DNA of 53,786 nucleotides, the filler included, from Catajapyx aquilonaris (taxonomy: Eukaryota): NCBI GenBank assembly GCA_000934665.2. It is 2 parts of 2 records of this genome, joined end to end, with 100 filler letters (N's around TTAATTAATTAA, not from the genome) between each part and the next. Parts side by side here need not be neighbours in the genome. Positions count along the whole stretch, not along the records: positions 1 to 26,857 come from JYFJ02005146.1; positions 26,958 to 53,786 come from KZ539292.1. One strand, written 5' to 3'. Under the pieces are notes generated by a model. That model ran no database searches. It saw nothing but the letters and a program-made list of their open reading frames with translations, and was not told where the DNA came from. Below are positions 22,155-32,394 of this stretch, one piece after another. The position numbers and the translations under genes were made by a program. The first letter of the stretch is position 1. The number at the start of each line of letters is the position of its first letter.

Positions 22155-24578
22155 CCGTCAGAAACAAGAAGGCCGTAACTCACAAGGGAAGGTCACAGGG
22201 TGATAATGATGGATCTTGATGAAATTTAACATGCTAATACAGGACAATATATGATACCCAAAAATGATATATTTCATGCAGAGGCCCATATTTGCAAAAG
22301 TTATGACGTCTTAAAGTTCCAAAAATAATACATTTTCATTCATAATGGGATTACATTAGCGACCACATATAATGACATTGAAGTGTGTAATCAGTTTCTA
22401 CACTTTGTCTCATCGGAAAAAAGTCCTACATAACGCCTCTGTATCTCTTACGGTTTAGGCCTTGATACCTGTCCACAGACGGACGGATGGAGGGACAGAG
22501 CCGTTAACTGTAGGCCATTTTTCCGATGAGAAAGTGTAGAAACTGATTACACACTTCAATGTCATTATATGTGGTCCCTAATGTAACCCCATTATGAATG
22601 AAAATGTATTATTTTTAGAACTTTAAGACGTCATAACTTTTGCAAATATGGGCCTCCGCACGAAATATTTCATTTTTGGGTATCATATATTGTCCTGTAT
22701 TAGCATGTTAAATTTCATCAAGATCCGTCATTATCGCCCCGTGACCTTCCCTCAGTATCAACTTTCCCCTTGTGGCTAGCAAAGAAACTAGTGTTACCAA
22801 AAGCATCCAAGAGGTGGAGTTGGGGTAGGGGGGGTGGGGAAAGGAATGGGTAACCCAACTTCATCTCCTGGATGCTTTCAGTAACACTTTAGTTTCTTTG
22901 CTAGCAGCAAGGGGAAAGTGGAGGGAAGGTCACGGGGTGATAATGACGTATCTTGATGAAATTTAACATGCTAATACAGGACAATATATGATATCCAAAA
23001 ATGAAATATTTCATGCGGAACCCCATATTTGCAAAAGTTGACGTCTTAAAGTTCCAAAAATAATACATTTTCATACTCCATGGGATTACATTAGCGACCA
23101 CATATAATGACATTGAAGTGTGTAATCAGTTTCTAGACCTTTTCTCGTCAGAAAAAAGTCCTACAGAACTGCTCTGGCCGTCCGTCCGTCCGTCTGTGGA
23201 CATGTATCAAGGCCTAAACCATAAGAGATAGCGACAAACGGTTTTCATATTCGGATTGAGCGTGACCAAAATAGGTTTCATGGTCAACTTCTGGTGACCC
23301 GCCACTACCGGTCTTCCGGGTTCACTCTATCTGCACAAGTCTACTTTACGGGCGGGTTATCGTTGGATTTCGAAGTTAGTTTCTGTGTATTCCTGACTGT
23401 GTTTTTCGGGGATTTACTCCGGGTTTTACCTGACTCTCTGGCACAGGGGCTGTGGAATTTATTCCTGACGTTGGACATGTTTGCAATGAGCGTCATCGGC
23501 TGCCATGATGTTATCGCCCAAGCCGATACTGGATTCGATATGTTGCCTAGGTTACGATATATCGATTCACATGCTCCCTGAAAGAATGAGAAAAGGTCTC
23601 ATCGAATCACGCTCACGTGAGGTAAAACCTGGAGTAAATCCCCGAAAAACACGGTCAGGAATACACAGAAACTAACTTCGAAATCCAACGATAGCCCGCC
23701 CGTAAAGTAGACTTGTGCGGATAGAGTGAACACGGAAGACCGGTAGTGGCGGGTCACCAGAAGATGACCATGAAACCTATTTTGGTCACGCTCAATCCAA
23801 ATATGAAAACCGTTTGTCGCTATCTCTTACGGTTTAGGCCTTGATACCTGTCCACAGATGGACGGACGGACGGCCAGAGCCGTTCTGTATGACGTTTTTC
23901 CGATGAGAAAAGGTCTAGAAACTGATTACACACTTCAATGTCATTATATGTGGTTGCTAATGTAATCCCACGGAGTATGAAAATGTATTATTTTTGGAAC
24001 TTTAAGACATCATAACGTTCGCAAATATGGGGTTCCGCACGAAATATTTCATTTTTGGGTATCATATATTGTCCTGTATTAGCATGTTAAAGGGACACTC
24101 CACTCAAAATACAAGTTGGGTTCTAATAATCGGGCAAAAAATCCTGATTCCGAGGGTATAAGCAGTTTTTCTTAGAGACGAACGGTAAGGCCAGTGTGAA
24201 AGCTGGAAGTGTGTAGTTCGAAAACCGCGCGCGGGGCAGGTGGGCGCAGGTGGCGACGCCACCAGAGTGGAACCGGGCGGAACTAGAGAAAGCATCCTGG
24301 CGCGGCATGGTGTTTACAATGCGCACTATACTTCTCCGGTTTGCCGCGAGATGCTGTTGTATCGCCCTTCTTAGCAGACGACGTGTGTAGATATATGATT
24401 TTCCGTGTTACCGTTGGGCGTAGAAAAAAACCGATTGCACATTCGGAATCAGGATTTTTTGCCCGATTTTTGGGGGCCAACTTGTATTTTGAGTGGAGTG
24501 TCCCTTTAAATTTCATCAAGATCCGTCATTATCACCCCGTGACCTTCCCTTGTGAGTTAGAGTTCTTGCTTCTGACGG
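22155..24578. repeat. Nested multi-arm foldback: four alternating copies of a ~250-bp module plus inner arms
   Basis: Module AGGGAAGGTCAC...GTGTAATCAGTTTCTA at 22185(+), 22515-22752(-), 22922(+) and 23895-24550(-); 23160-23430 pairs with 23620-23890; (CCGT)n tracts. Confidence 0.85.
24087..24509. mobile_element. TTAA-flanked MITE inserted in a foldback arm
   Basis: TTAA AGGGACACTCCACTCAAAATACAAGTTGG and its reverse complement; the empty site AGCATGTTAAATTTC is seen in sister arms. Confidence 0.9.
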
Positions 24579-25331
24579 CAGTAAGACAATCAGGTGAATC
24601 AAGAGGGAATATTTTATGTTTTTGTCGAAATGACCAATCCCTTGCCAATGAGTACCGTCCCTTTATCTTCCCTTACAAATTACTTACTTATAGGCACTAT
24701 TTTACTTGAGTTCTGCTGATCGAGGAGGAGGAGGGGTGTGGGGGGTGTTTCTTCCTTTTGAGAGATATAAAAGCGATTTACTATGTCCAAAAACAACCAA
24801 AGTTTCGATTGTTCACATTCATTTGGTCCATCACATTTGTAACGTCTTGTAATCTTGTAATGTTGTAGTGCAACAAACAACTGCATAAAAAATTGTGTTG
24901 CTCCATGGGAGATTCAGTAGTGATGCTCTTTTAATTCTTTGTGGTTTACAGTGTAGTCAAGATATTTCACCTCCTACCAAGGCATACTAATGAAGGAAGG
25001 AAGTAGTCTTAAACTTTTATGTGGCTCTTGTGGAAACATAAAATAAACATTGAGATTAGTCCTAATAGTCACATTTTGCAGTACCGCAAACAATACTTAT
25101 ATGAGCTGAAGACATGTGAGCATTATTTTCATATACTCATTATAATTCGTCATTATAACTCGGAGGTCACTTGTCTCATGGGTTTACTGTTTTGTCAGAA
25201 TGTGACCCAACACTTGATGGTGCTGGCAGAGGCCAGAATCCGAAATTAGCAAAAATGTCGAATGTTACATCATTTCTTCAGATTGACGACGAATTATCAT
25301 GCAGTATCAGAGAGATTAATTATGAACTTAC

Positions 25332-25557
25332 CATTCTCGTGTGTCCGTTATTTCAGCCACATTTAGGCATTGTTTTCCATTGCTTTGATACATATAGTTA
25401 CATTGTCTGTATGGGGCTAATTTGTCCTCCAGGATATGGTTGAGGCAAAATTCGAATCCCTTCACACGCGGATTAAAGCAAACATAGTATGAGTAGGCAC
25501 AGCGCAATGCAGCGTATTCAGCTGCAGTTGGAGGAGGTCCCATTTTAGGGAGTGGCA
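25332..25557 (-). CDS. KANSL2: KANSL2-like, coding exon 2; N-terminal C3Hc3H-type zinc domain
   Basis: CAYSYYVCFNPRVKGFEFCLNHILEDKLAPYRQCNY...GKQC resembles KANSL2 FC..HILED..AP..QC.Y; acceptor TTTCCAG at 25558-25559 (phase 1), donor TG|GTAAGT (phase 2). Confidence 0.9.
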
Positions 25558-25953
25558 CTGGAAAGAAAAGAACACAAGGTTAAGAATGCCATTGAACATA
25601 ATTTCTTCGGAAGAGACAGTTTTGCACTTAGTATTCTTTGGACAAAAACCTATATTTGATGAGAATTACATCAAGGGTGAAAGAAAGCTAGCAAATAAAA
25701 TGGGGAATCTGTAGGGCACCAATTTTGTTCTGGACACTAGAATTTTGTTGGAAAAAGTCCAGAATACTGCGAATGAAAAAATAGGGAATGAATTACAAAA
25801 GGGTGAAAATATTGCAAATACAATACGACCCGCTTTATTGGTGGCCCGGTTTATCGCCCCCTCCCACCCCCCCACCCCACCGGGCATTTTTGGACCGGAA
25901 ATCGCCAGGCCCAGAATCAAATCAATACCATCAATGTAGTTTTTCCCTGCATA

Positions 25954-26439
25954 CAGTAAAACTTATATAAGTCGAATCTCCATGGGAGCGGAAAAAAACT
26001 TCGAATTACAGAAGATTCAAGTTAGAGAAGTTTGGCTTTTTTTAAGCACATAACTCTATAAGGAAGCCTACCTTTATATCCAGCGACAAAAGGTGTTCAA
26101 AACTTTAAAATAATTGTCACTATCACACTTACAAGGTTCGTCATTGTTTTGGTGTAAAAACACTCTGTTATGGACATTTGCTAAGACTCTTAGATTCAAA
26201 GATTCAATTGTCACGATCGAGTCAAACACTTCTTTTGGTACATCTGGTAGATGGAGATCAGGAAATTGAGCCTTTCTGTACATGTGGCCTACTCTCTACC
26301 CTGTGGCTGGGAAATGAGAAAATTTTCCGTACTCGCCAACATGAACTTCGACTTAGGGAGACTGAAAATGCATTGATAGCCCATCGTAAGGCCCTGCCTG
26401 CACTTCGACTTAGGGAAGTTCGACTTATAGAAGTTTCTG
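25954..26439. mobile_element. TA-flanked MITE, same family as 9649-10953
   Basis: Colinear with 9649-9852 plus 10603-10953. Confidence 0.85.
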
Positions 26440-26509
26440 TAGTTGGTGATATCCCCAGTTAGTCGGACCAGTTTGGTTGACATAATGCTATACTGCACAT
26501 ATCATTTAC

Positions 26510-26573
26510 AGTGGTGCATCTGGGGTGGAACATGCTGGAAACTAACTTTTGGTATTGGCCGCCAGGCTGTCAT
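26510..26573 (-). CDS. KANSL2: Probable first coding exon of the KANSL2-like gene (exon may extend in frame to 26627)
   Basis: ATG at 26573, MTAWRPIPKVSFQHVPPQMHH, donor T|GTAAAT in phase 1 matching the next acceptor; upstream acceptor TTTTAG at 26628-26629 with an open frame. Confidence 0.5.
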
Positions 26574-27061
26574 GATGACAAGAACCCAACAGGTGTTACT
26601 AGACAATTTTTTACAGCAGAGTGAGCACTAAAATTATTACTGTACAGTACAGTACTTTGCACTTTCATGACACTTGAATGACAGTCACTTTTATACATCG
26701 ATTTTACCTTCACCTGTTGCGCAATCATTTTTGAGGATTAAAGCTGGTAGTGATGTCAATTTTTGTGTGTTCCCCCCCGTTGTTTCACATGAACCCTGGT
26801 TAGGGGTCGTCCATTAACCACGTGACCGATTTTCGGGCACTTTTTGACCCCCCCCCCNNNNNNNNNNNNNNNNNNNNNNNNNNNNNNNNNNNNNNNNNNN
26901 NTTAATTAATTAANNNNNNNNNNNNNNNNNNNNNNNNNNNNNNNNNNNNNNNNNNNNTTCTTTGCACCATTGATAAGAGGACACAAAACTGCGTAACATA
27001 TGTTTTTTTCATAAAATTCTCATTGAGTGACTCTAGCTTCATTTCCACCTTAATTTCGACA

Positions 27062-27372
27062 GTGCGAATTTTCGGAAGTGGCGCCTTTTCGGTATGGGCG
27101 CCTTTTCGGCAGGGCGCCTTTTGGCAGGGCGCCTTTTCGGAAGGGGCGAATTTTCGGCAGGGCGCCTTTTGGCAGGGCGCCTTTTCGGCAGGGGCGCCTT
27201 TTCGGCAGGGGCGCCTTTTCGGCAGGGCGCCTTTTGGCAGGGCGAATTTTCGGCAGGGGCGCCTTTTCGGCAGGGGCGCCTTTTCGGCAGGGCGAATTTT
27301 CGGCAGGGGCGCCTTTTGGCAGGGCGAATTTTCGGAAGGGGCGCATTTTCGGCAGGGGCGCCTTTCGGCGCC
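27062..27372. repeat. Tandem array of 15-17-bp units GGCGCCTTTTCGGCAGG / GGCGAATTTTCGGCAGG
   Basis: Directly visible, about 19 units without spacers; resembles a transposon subterminal array and runs into a gap. Confidence 0.9.
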
Positions 27373-27755
27373 CCCTCCGTGATTTTAGGGGGGGGGGGGG
27401 GNNNNNNNNNNNNNNNNNNNNNNNNNNNNNNNNNNNNNNNNNNNNNNNNNNNNNNNNNNNNNNNNNNNNNNNNNNNNNNNNNNNNNNNNNNNNNNNNNNN
27501 NNNNNNNNNNNNNNNNNNNNNNNNNNNNNNNNNNNNNNNNNNNNNNNNNNNGGGTGGATTTTGCCAGATGGGTTTTTTGGGTGTCGCCAATGATTGGTAA
27601 GCACTCTTGCACCCTCTTCAAAAGAACATGTAGCTTATTATTTGATGAAATAGTCAACATCGTGAGGTGTCGTTTCAAAAGGGGAAACATCAGCAAGACT
27701 GGGTGTTTGATGCGGATGGAAGATTTGGGTGTCACAATTCCATCAGATCACGTAC

Positions 27756-28100
27756 CCGACTAATCATTCCGGAACCTCCGGCTAAAGGGTCGTCTTCATC
27801 TTCTTCCACCTTTGGCATGGCCACCGCCATCTCTTCTTCCTCCTCTTCCTCCTGTACTTCCTCCTTCTTGACCTCAAGGAGAGTGTCTTCCACGAGCGTA
27901 GTGGAATCGTTGTCCAACCATGGCGGGGTCTCCTCCTCCTCCTCCTCCTTCACCCTCAGCCTCCAAGTCTCCTCATCCACTGTGATGTCCTCCTCATCTT
28001 CCTCCTCCTCCTTCACTTCCCCTTCCTTCTTTACCCTCAGGATCAACCCACCGGGCCCTTCTCGAGAGAATCGACAACAATGGGGCTCCCAGGCGGCCAT
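27756..28100 (-). CDS. Acidic exon (115 codons) paralogous to the first coding exon of the zinc-finger gene at 47852-48151
   Basis: VDEETWRLRVKEEEEEETPPWLDNDSTTLVEDTLLEVKKEE...DDPLAGGSG nearly identical to the other copy; ATG at 28100, candidate donor CGG|GTACGT (phase 0). Confidence 0.6.
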
Positions 28101-28685
28101 CTTTTCTTTTCTTTTTTTTTGTGCAAACCAGGGTGCGTTCCTGTCGCCACACACCACCACCACCACCAGAGAGTTGGAAGGACGGGCTTATCCGCTATTC
28201 ACGCCAGTTCTGGTGACGGACGCTGCTACCCGCCAAGAGTTATGCAGTTTCCTTGATTGGACATAGAAGCACGACACGGACCATGGTGAAACTCATATCC
28301 AATTACAATAATGAAGGGCACGTTTTAATTTTGAAAGGGTGCTTGAAAAAAAAAACAACAACATGAAAAATCTTCCATACAAACTGAAATCTCTTGCACT
28401 AAGAGTTACATAAGACCCTTGAGAGCTTGACATGCCTAGTTATTGACCCCAACCAATGAACAAAAAAACAAAATCAAAAGTATGTTTTTTTTTCTCTGCT
28501 CCTGCTGCGAATACTAAAAACATTAAAAATCAATTCTGGGTAGTATTTATTGCGAGGTGTGTAATGCAGACCTTCACTTTGGGATCGAACCTGGGGCCCA
28601 CCCATCGTCGTTGGGCACGTACTGTACATTTCTGCAGCACCACTCCACTTTTCCCCTCAATACTACTTATTCACTACAAGGCTAT

Positions 28686-29035
28686 TCTATAATATTAAAA
28701 TGCTTGCGTTGCTTGACCGAGCCCTCTGATTGGTCCGCCCCCGCATTGCTGCCGCCACCTCCTCCCATTGGCCCTCCGTCCATTGTTGCTGCGTCGTATC
28801 CATGACGCACTGTTACCTCGACGCCTCCGATTGGCTCCCGTTCCGAGCATGCGCAATGGGGGTGGAATCCGTCCAGTTGCATGTTGACCTCCTTGGGAGA
28901 AGGTCGCTTTCTTTTTCGTCTCTCCCGCCGCCGTCATCGTCACGCCGGACCTTTTTCCCTTCCCCACCTACCATACCTGTCCCGCCTTCGCCGCGGGTCA
29001 CTGGTGGTTATTGAAAAATGGCCGTAGGCACTGGT
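28686..29035 (+). mobile_element. Helitron-like 5' portion
   Basis: Starts TCTATAATATTAAAA; 28686-28865 is homologous to 40796-40960. Confidence 0.6.
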
Positions 29036-29305
29036 GGAGACGGGTGGAGAATAATGTAAGTTCGAAATTTACCATTGCTGATCGGGCTGCTTAGGAACTG
29101 CTTAGGCCTACCCATGCGCGGTGCTTTCACAGATGGGAAGTACAGTATACACTGTCTTCGAGGCACTTCTTTCCGTGTATAGTGTCGGAAACTGACTACC
29201 GTCGAATGTGTAGAATCGAACGTAAGAAGCCGGGTTGCAAATCTCACGCGTTCGAATTATTAGCCTGGAACGCACTATATTGTTGGTCATCCATAGTGAT
29301 GGTGC

Positions 29306-29943
29306 TGTCGGACCTAGACAGGTACGGGTCCGAATATTAGTTGGATAGGGGTATGTGGCATAACTGTATGCGAAATCACACAAGGCTGGTGGTTAAATTC
29401 ATACTTCAATTTAATGTACTCCGACTAACATACTAGTACCTCCAAACATTACAACAACTTTGAACAATATGCAACTTCCTCCTTATGGAGGCACCCCTTC
29501 CAAAATCACATACTGTGCGATTGAAAATTCTTACCTGTTGGAATGCTCAAGCTCTGTCTGCCGGGCTGTCAAGATGTGAAATCTCTTTGAAAATAATTCC
29601 GGTGCCGCTTTTGTAGTGCCCGGTTTGGGGTGGGGTCCGGTGTTTTCACAACTTTATTAATCTGATTCTTGCATCCCGAAATGAGTGTGTCATATTGATA
29701 CTGTAAGTTTCTTATCCCTTCCACCGCGCTTGGACTCTAATGGCTCTTTTTGTATGGATTACTGGCGCCAGGACGTCTACTGCTTCATAGATTACTATGC
29801 CTGAGACTCTCTACTCTGGCACTGCAGTGACATTGACAATCATGTAATTTAAATGAGTTTACGGGGCATAATTATAGCAAATTAATTACTGCGCACTTGG
29901 TTATGATAATCACATTAGTTGTTATGCCGTATGCGGCATGACA
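29306..29943 (-). repeat. 3' LTR (638 bp)
   Basis: By eye identical to the 5' LTR except for one substitution at 29613 and the SINE insertion. Confidence 0.95.
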
Positions 29944-30365
29944 AATATCCACCGGCAACGGCAAAGAATTTTCAATCGCTTTTGCTGCAAGCTTTAGCAA
30001 TATGTCAATCATCACACTTACATGTCATACTTATGGCACTTAACACTTTCAAATATACGCTCTTTGCGGGTTACACATCATCGTAGCACAATTATAAATA
30101 ATTTTATGGGTTATGCAGTTTTGAACATGTGCAAGACGATTTTCCTCACATTTAACAGTTACATATGTCACTTGAACAATTACGTATGTCACCTTAATAA
30201 TCACTGAAATTGCTATAATAGACTCACGCATATAGAGTAGTCACAAGAACTATGTCAATGGGCACTGACACTGAGTTGTCACTAAACGCACTTGGTACAC
30301 TACTGGATGGGCTGGATACGGTACTGTTACTGCTGTAGTTTGTTATGCTATACAATCACGATCTA

Positions 30366-30749
30366 TTACCGGGTTGGGGAAATCTGTATGGAGTCCGCAT
30401 ACAAGATTCCCGGACAGTTTACGCGTTGACAATATGCATAAAATGCTCTGTAGTCTGCGAAACAATGAAACCGACCTATATCATGGTGACGGATATGTAG
30501 GTCATTGTTGGTCCACCCTCTTCCATCTGTGTTGAAATGATGTAGCATGGCTTGTCGAACTCCATCCATCCGATAATGTAGTAGTCCTGGGCGATGATCG
30601 CTGTCGTAACACGGAATTGGTGGTCCAGGTGTTCTTCTTCTTTCTGTAGTCTGTATCCCCACGTCTGTCAGCGACTTCCGTGATCTGTTTCGTAGACGTG
30701 CTACCAGCCAGGTTACTGTCCATACCAGCACTATAGGTAGTTCCCACAT
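30366..30749 (-). CDS. Putative accessory ORF3: 127-aa small membrane protein in the env position
   Basis: AAGATG start; MWELPIVLVWTVTWLVA hydrophobic N-terminus followed by RLRNRSRK; longest ORF between pol and the 3' LTR and less AT-rich than its flanks. Confidence 0.55.
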   Translation of the reverse strand: MWELPIVLVWTVTWLVARLRNRSRKSLTDVGIQTTERRRTPGPPIPCYDSDHRPGLLHYRMDGVRQAMLHHFNTDGRGWTNNDLHIRHHDIGRFHCFADYRAFYAYCQRVNCPGILYADSIQISPTR

Positions 30750-32394
30750 CTTGCCCTTCCTGCCCTCTTGCACCGGCACTTCTTAGTTACTGTTACAGTG
30801 TGGTACCAGAAGGAGAATGAACTTTTATGTACATGCAGCAAAAGAGACTATCTCCCTTCTTTCATTAGTGTTGTGCTGACATATTAATGGATCATTTTCC
30901 ATCTCAGTGATTTTGTATATACTCTCTAGTGTAGAGGTGACATGTTTATGACTGTTTAGTTTAGTCCTAATGGACCAATTTGAGTCCTCTCTCACACACA
31001 CAAAGAAATAACACCAATAAATAACTTGTTGCATCGGTACATGTTTTTCTTCACGTGACATCACTTATTTCGTTGTGTTACCTTTCCAAGTACATTAAAG
31101 TCACTTTACATTTCTGCTAACAACTTGCTGCATATTACAATGCGTACATGATAAATAATGATAAACAATTATAAGTAATTATAAATAACAATAAGTAATT
31201 ATAAACAATTCCTTGTCACATTGTTGACCAGTAGACGCCTAAATCGAATGGCGAATAAGTGCTATGCACCGTCTTCGTTACTGTTTTTAGGCGACATAAA
31301 CATCACAAACGTTTCTTTCGATAATTAAACTTGAGTGAATGCCATTCATTGTATATAATCTCTTATATAATCTCTAAACTTCAGCACAATCATTTAATAT
31401 GGCCTCTTGTTTACTAGTTATTTTCTTTTATATTTACTCACATATTATAGCTGTCATCGTTTATTATAGGGTGTATTATAGGAAATGATATATGGGAATG
31501 AGGATGATGTTTGTAATGGTATAGTGGTTTTCAACGCAGGCGAGAGTGATCAGTTCAAGCCAATATTGCGTCTATGAATAGGGTTATGGGTAATGAATGA
31601 TGTGAGGACATAGTAATATTAAGTCATGACTTACACTTACGTTGTAACTATCATAGGATGCATCCTTATTTTAATGTTAATATGATTATAGTTATACACT
31701 GTTCATTTTATTTACAACCGGCCGGCTTACCGTATATGACTTAATGTGAATCGTAATTGCAACTGTTGGAAACCTAATCTACTCACAAATCACAGCAACT
31801 TTTAGAGCTTCATCTCAGAAACATATTTTCGCATGCATATCTCATGCATATTCCATGCATTTTCTAATGTTTACATGACATCACTCACACACACAAAAAG
31901 AATTTCTGCTTTCATCACCACAATCAATACTATAGCTTCAATAATACTTCTTTCTTAATATTAAACATTAAATTACTGTCGACATATATTATTTATACTG
32001 CAGTTCAACCATATTTCACGTTTTATGTTTTCCTCTATATTTCCTCTATTTTCTCTCTTTTCTCTCAATTTCTTTTTCTTTTACAACTTAATCTTGTCTA
32101 ATCTTGGCCGGCCATACTCATCCTCTTTACGTATTTTCCTATGTGCCGCTGGACTCTTCTGTCGAGCTCCTCTTTGTTCCTCTGTAATTATCTCTCATCT
32201 TTCTTCTGTAATGTAAAAATATTAGTATACGCTCTTTTCTCTTTATAACTTTATATGCCCTTGTAACTTCATATGTCCTCCCATTCCTCTCTTCATTGTG
32301 TGTCATCTGCATATGCTCATGCAGGGGAAATCTGCTGCTTACTCTCTCTCTGTAATATGACATCTCAAATTCATGGGTTACGACACTCTTACTT

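Noticed and set aside
26902..26913. TTAATTAATTAA isolated between N runs
   Set aside because: Palindromic stop-in-all-frames 12-mer inside a gap; almost certainly an artificial scaffolding spacer
27023..27604. Six overlapping 119-184-aa ORFs and a CRISPR-like appearance
   Set aside because: Stop-free tandem repeat plus N run; no unique spacers, no cas genes, eukaryotic context
27667..28266. Plus-strand Ser-rich ORF (and its twin at 47841-48440)
   Set aside because: Antisense shadow of the GAG-rich acidic exons, whose splice signals are on the minus strand
30825..31064. 79-aa ORF upstream of ORF3
   Set aside because: GTG-start call, hydrophobic run too short for a TM helix, no other support
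29944..32394. Possible env gene
   Set aside because: No long ORF, furin site or C-terminal TM anchor; only small ORFs present
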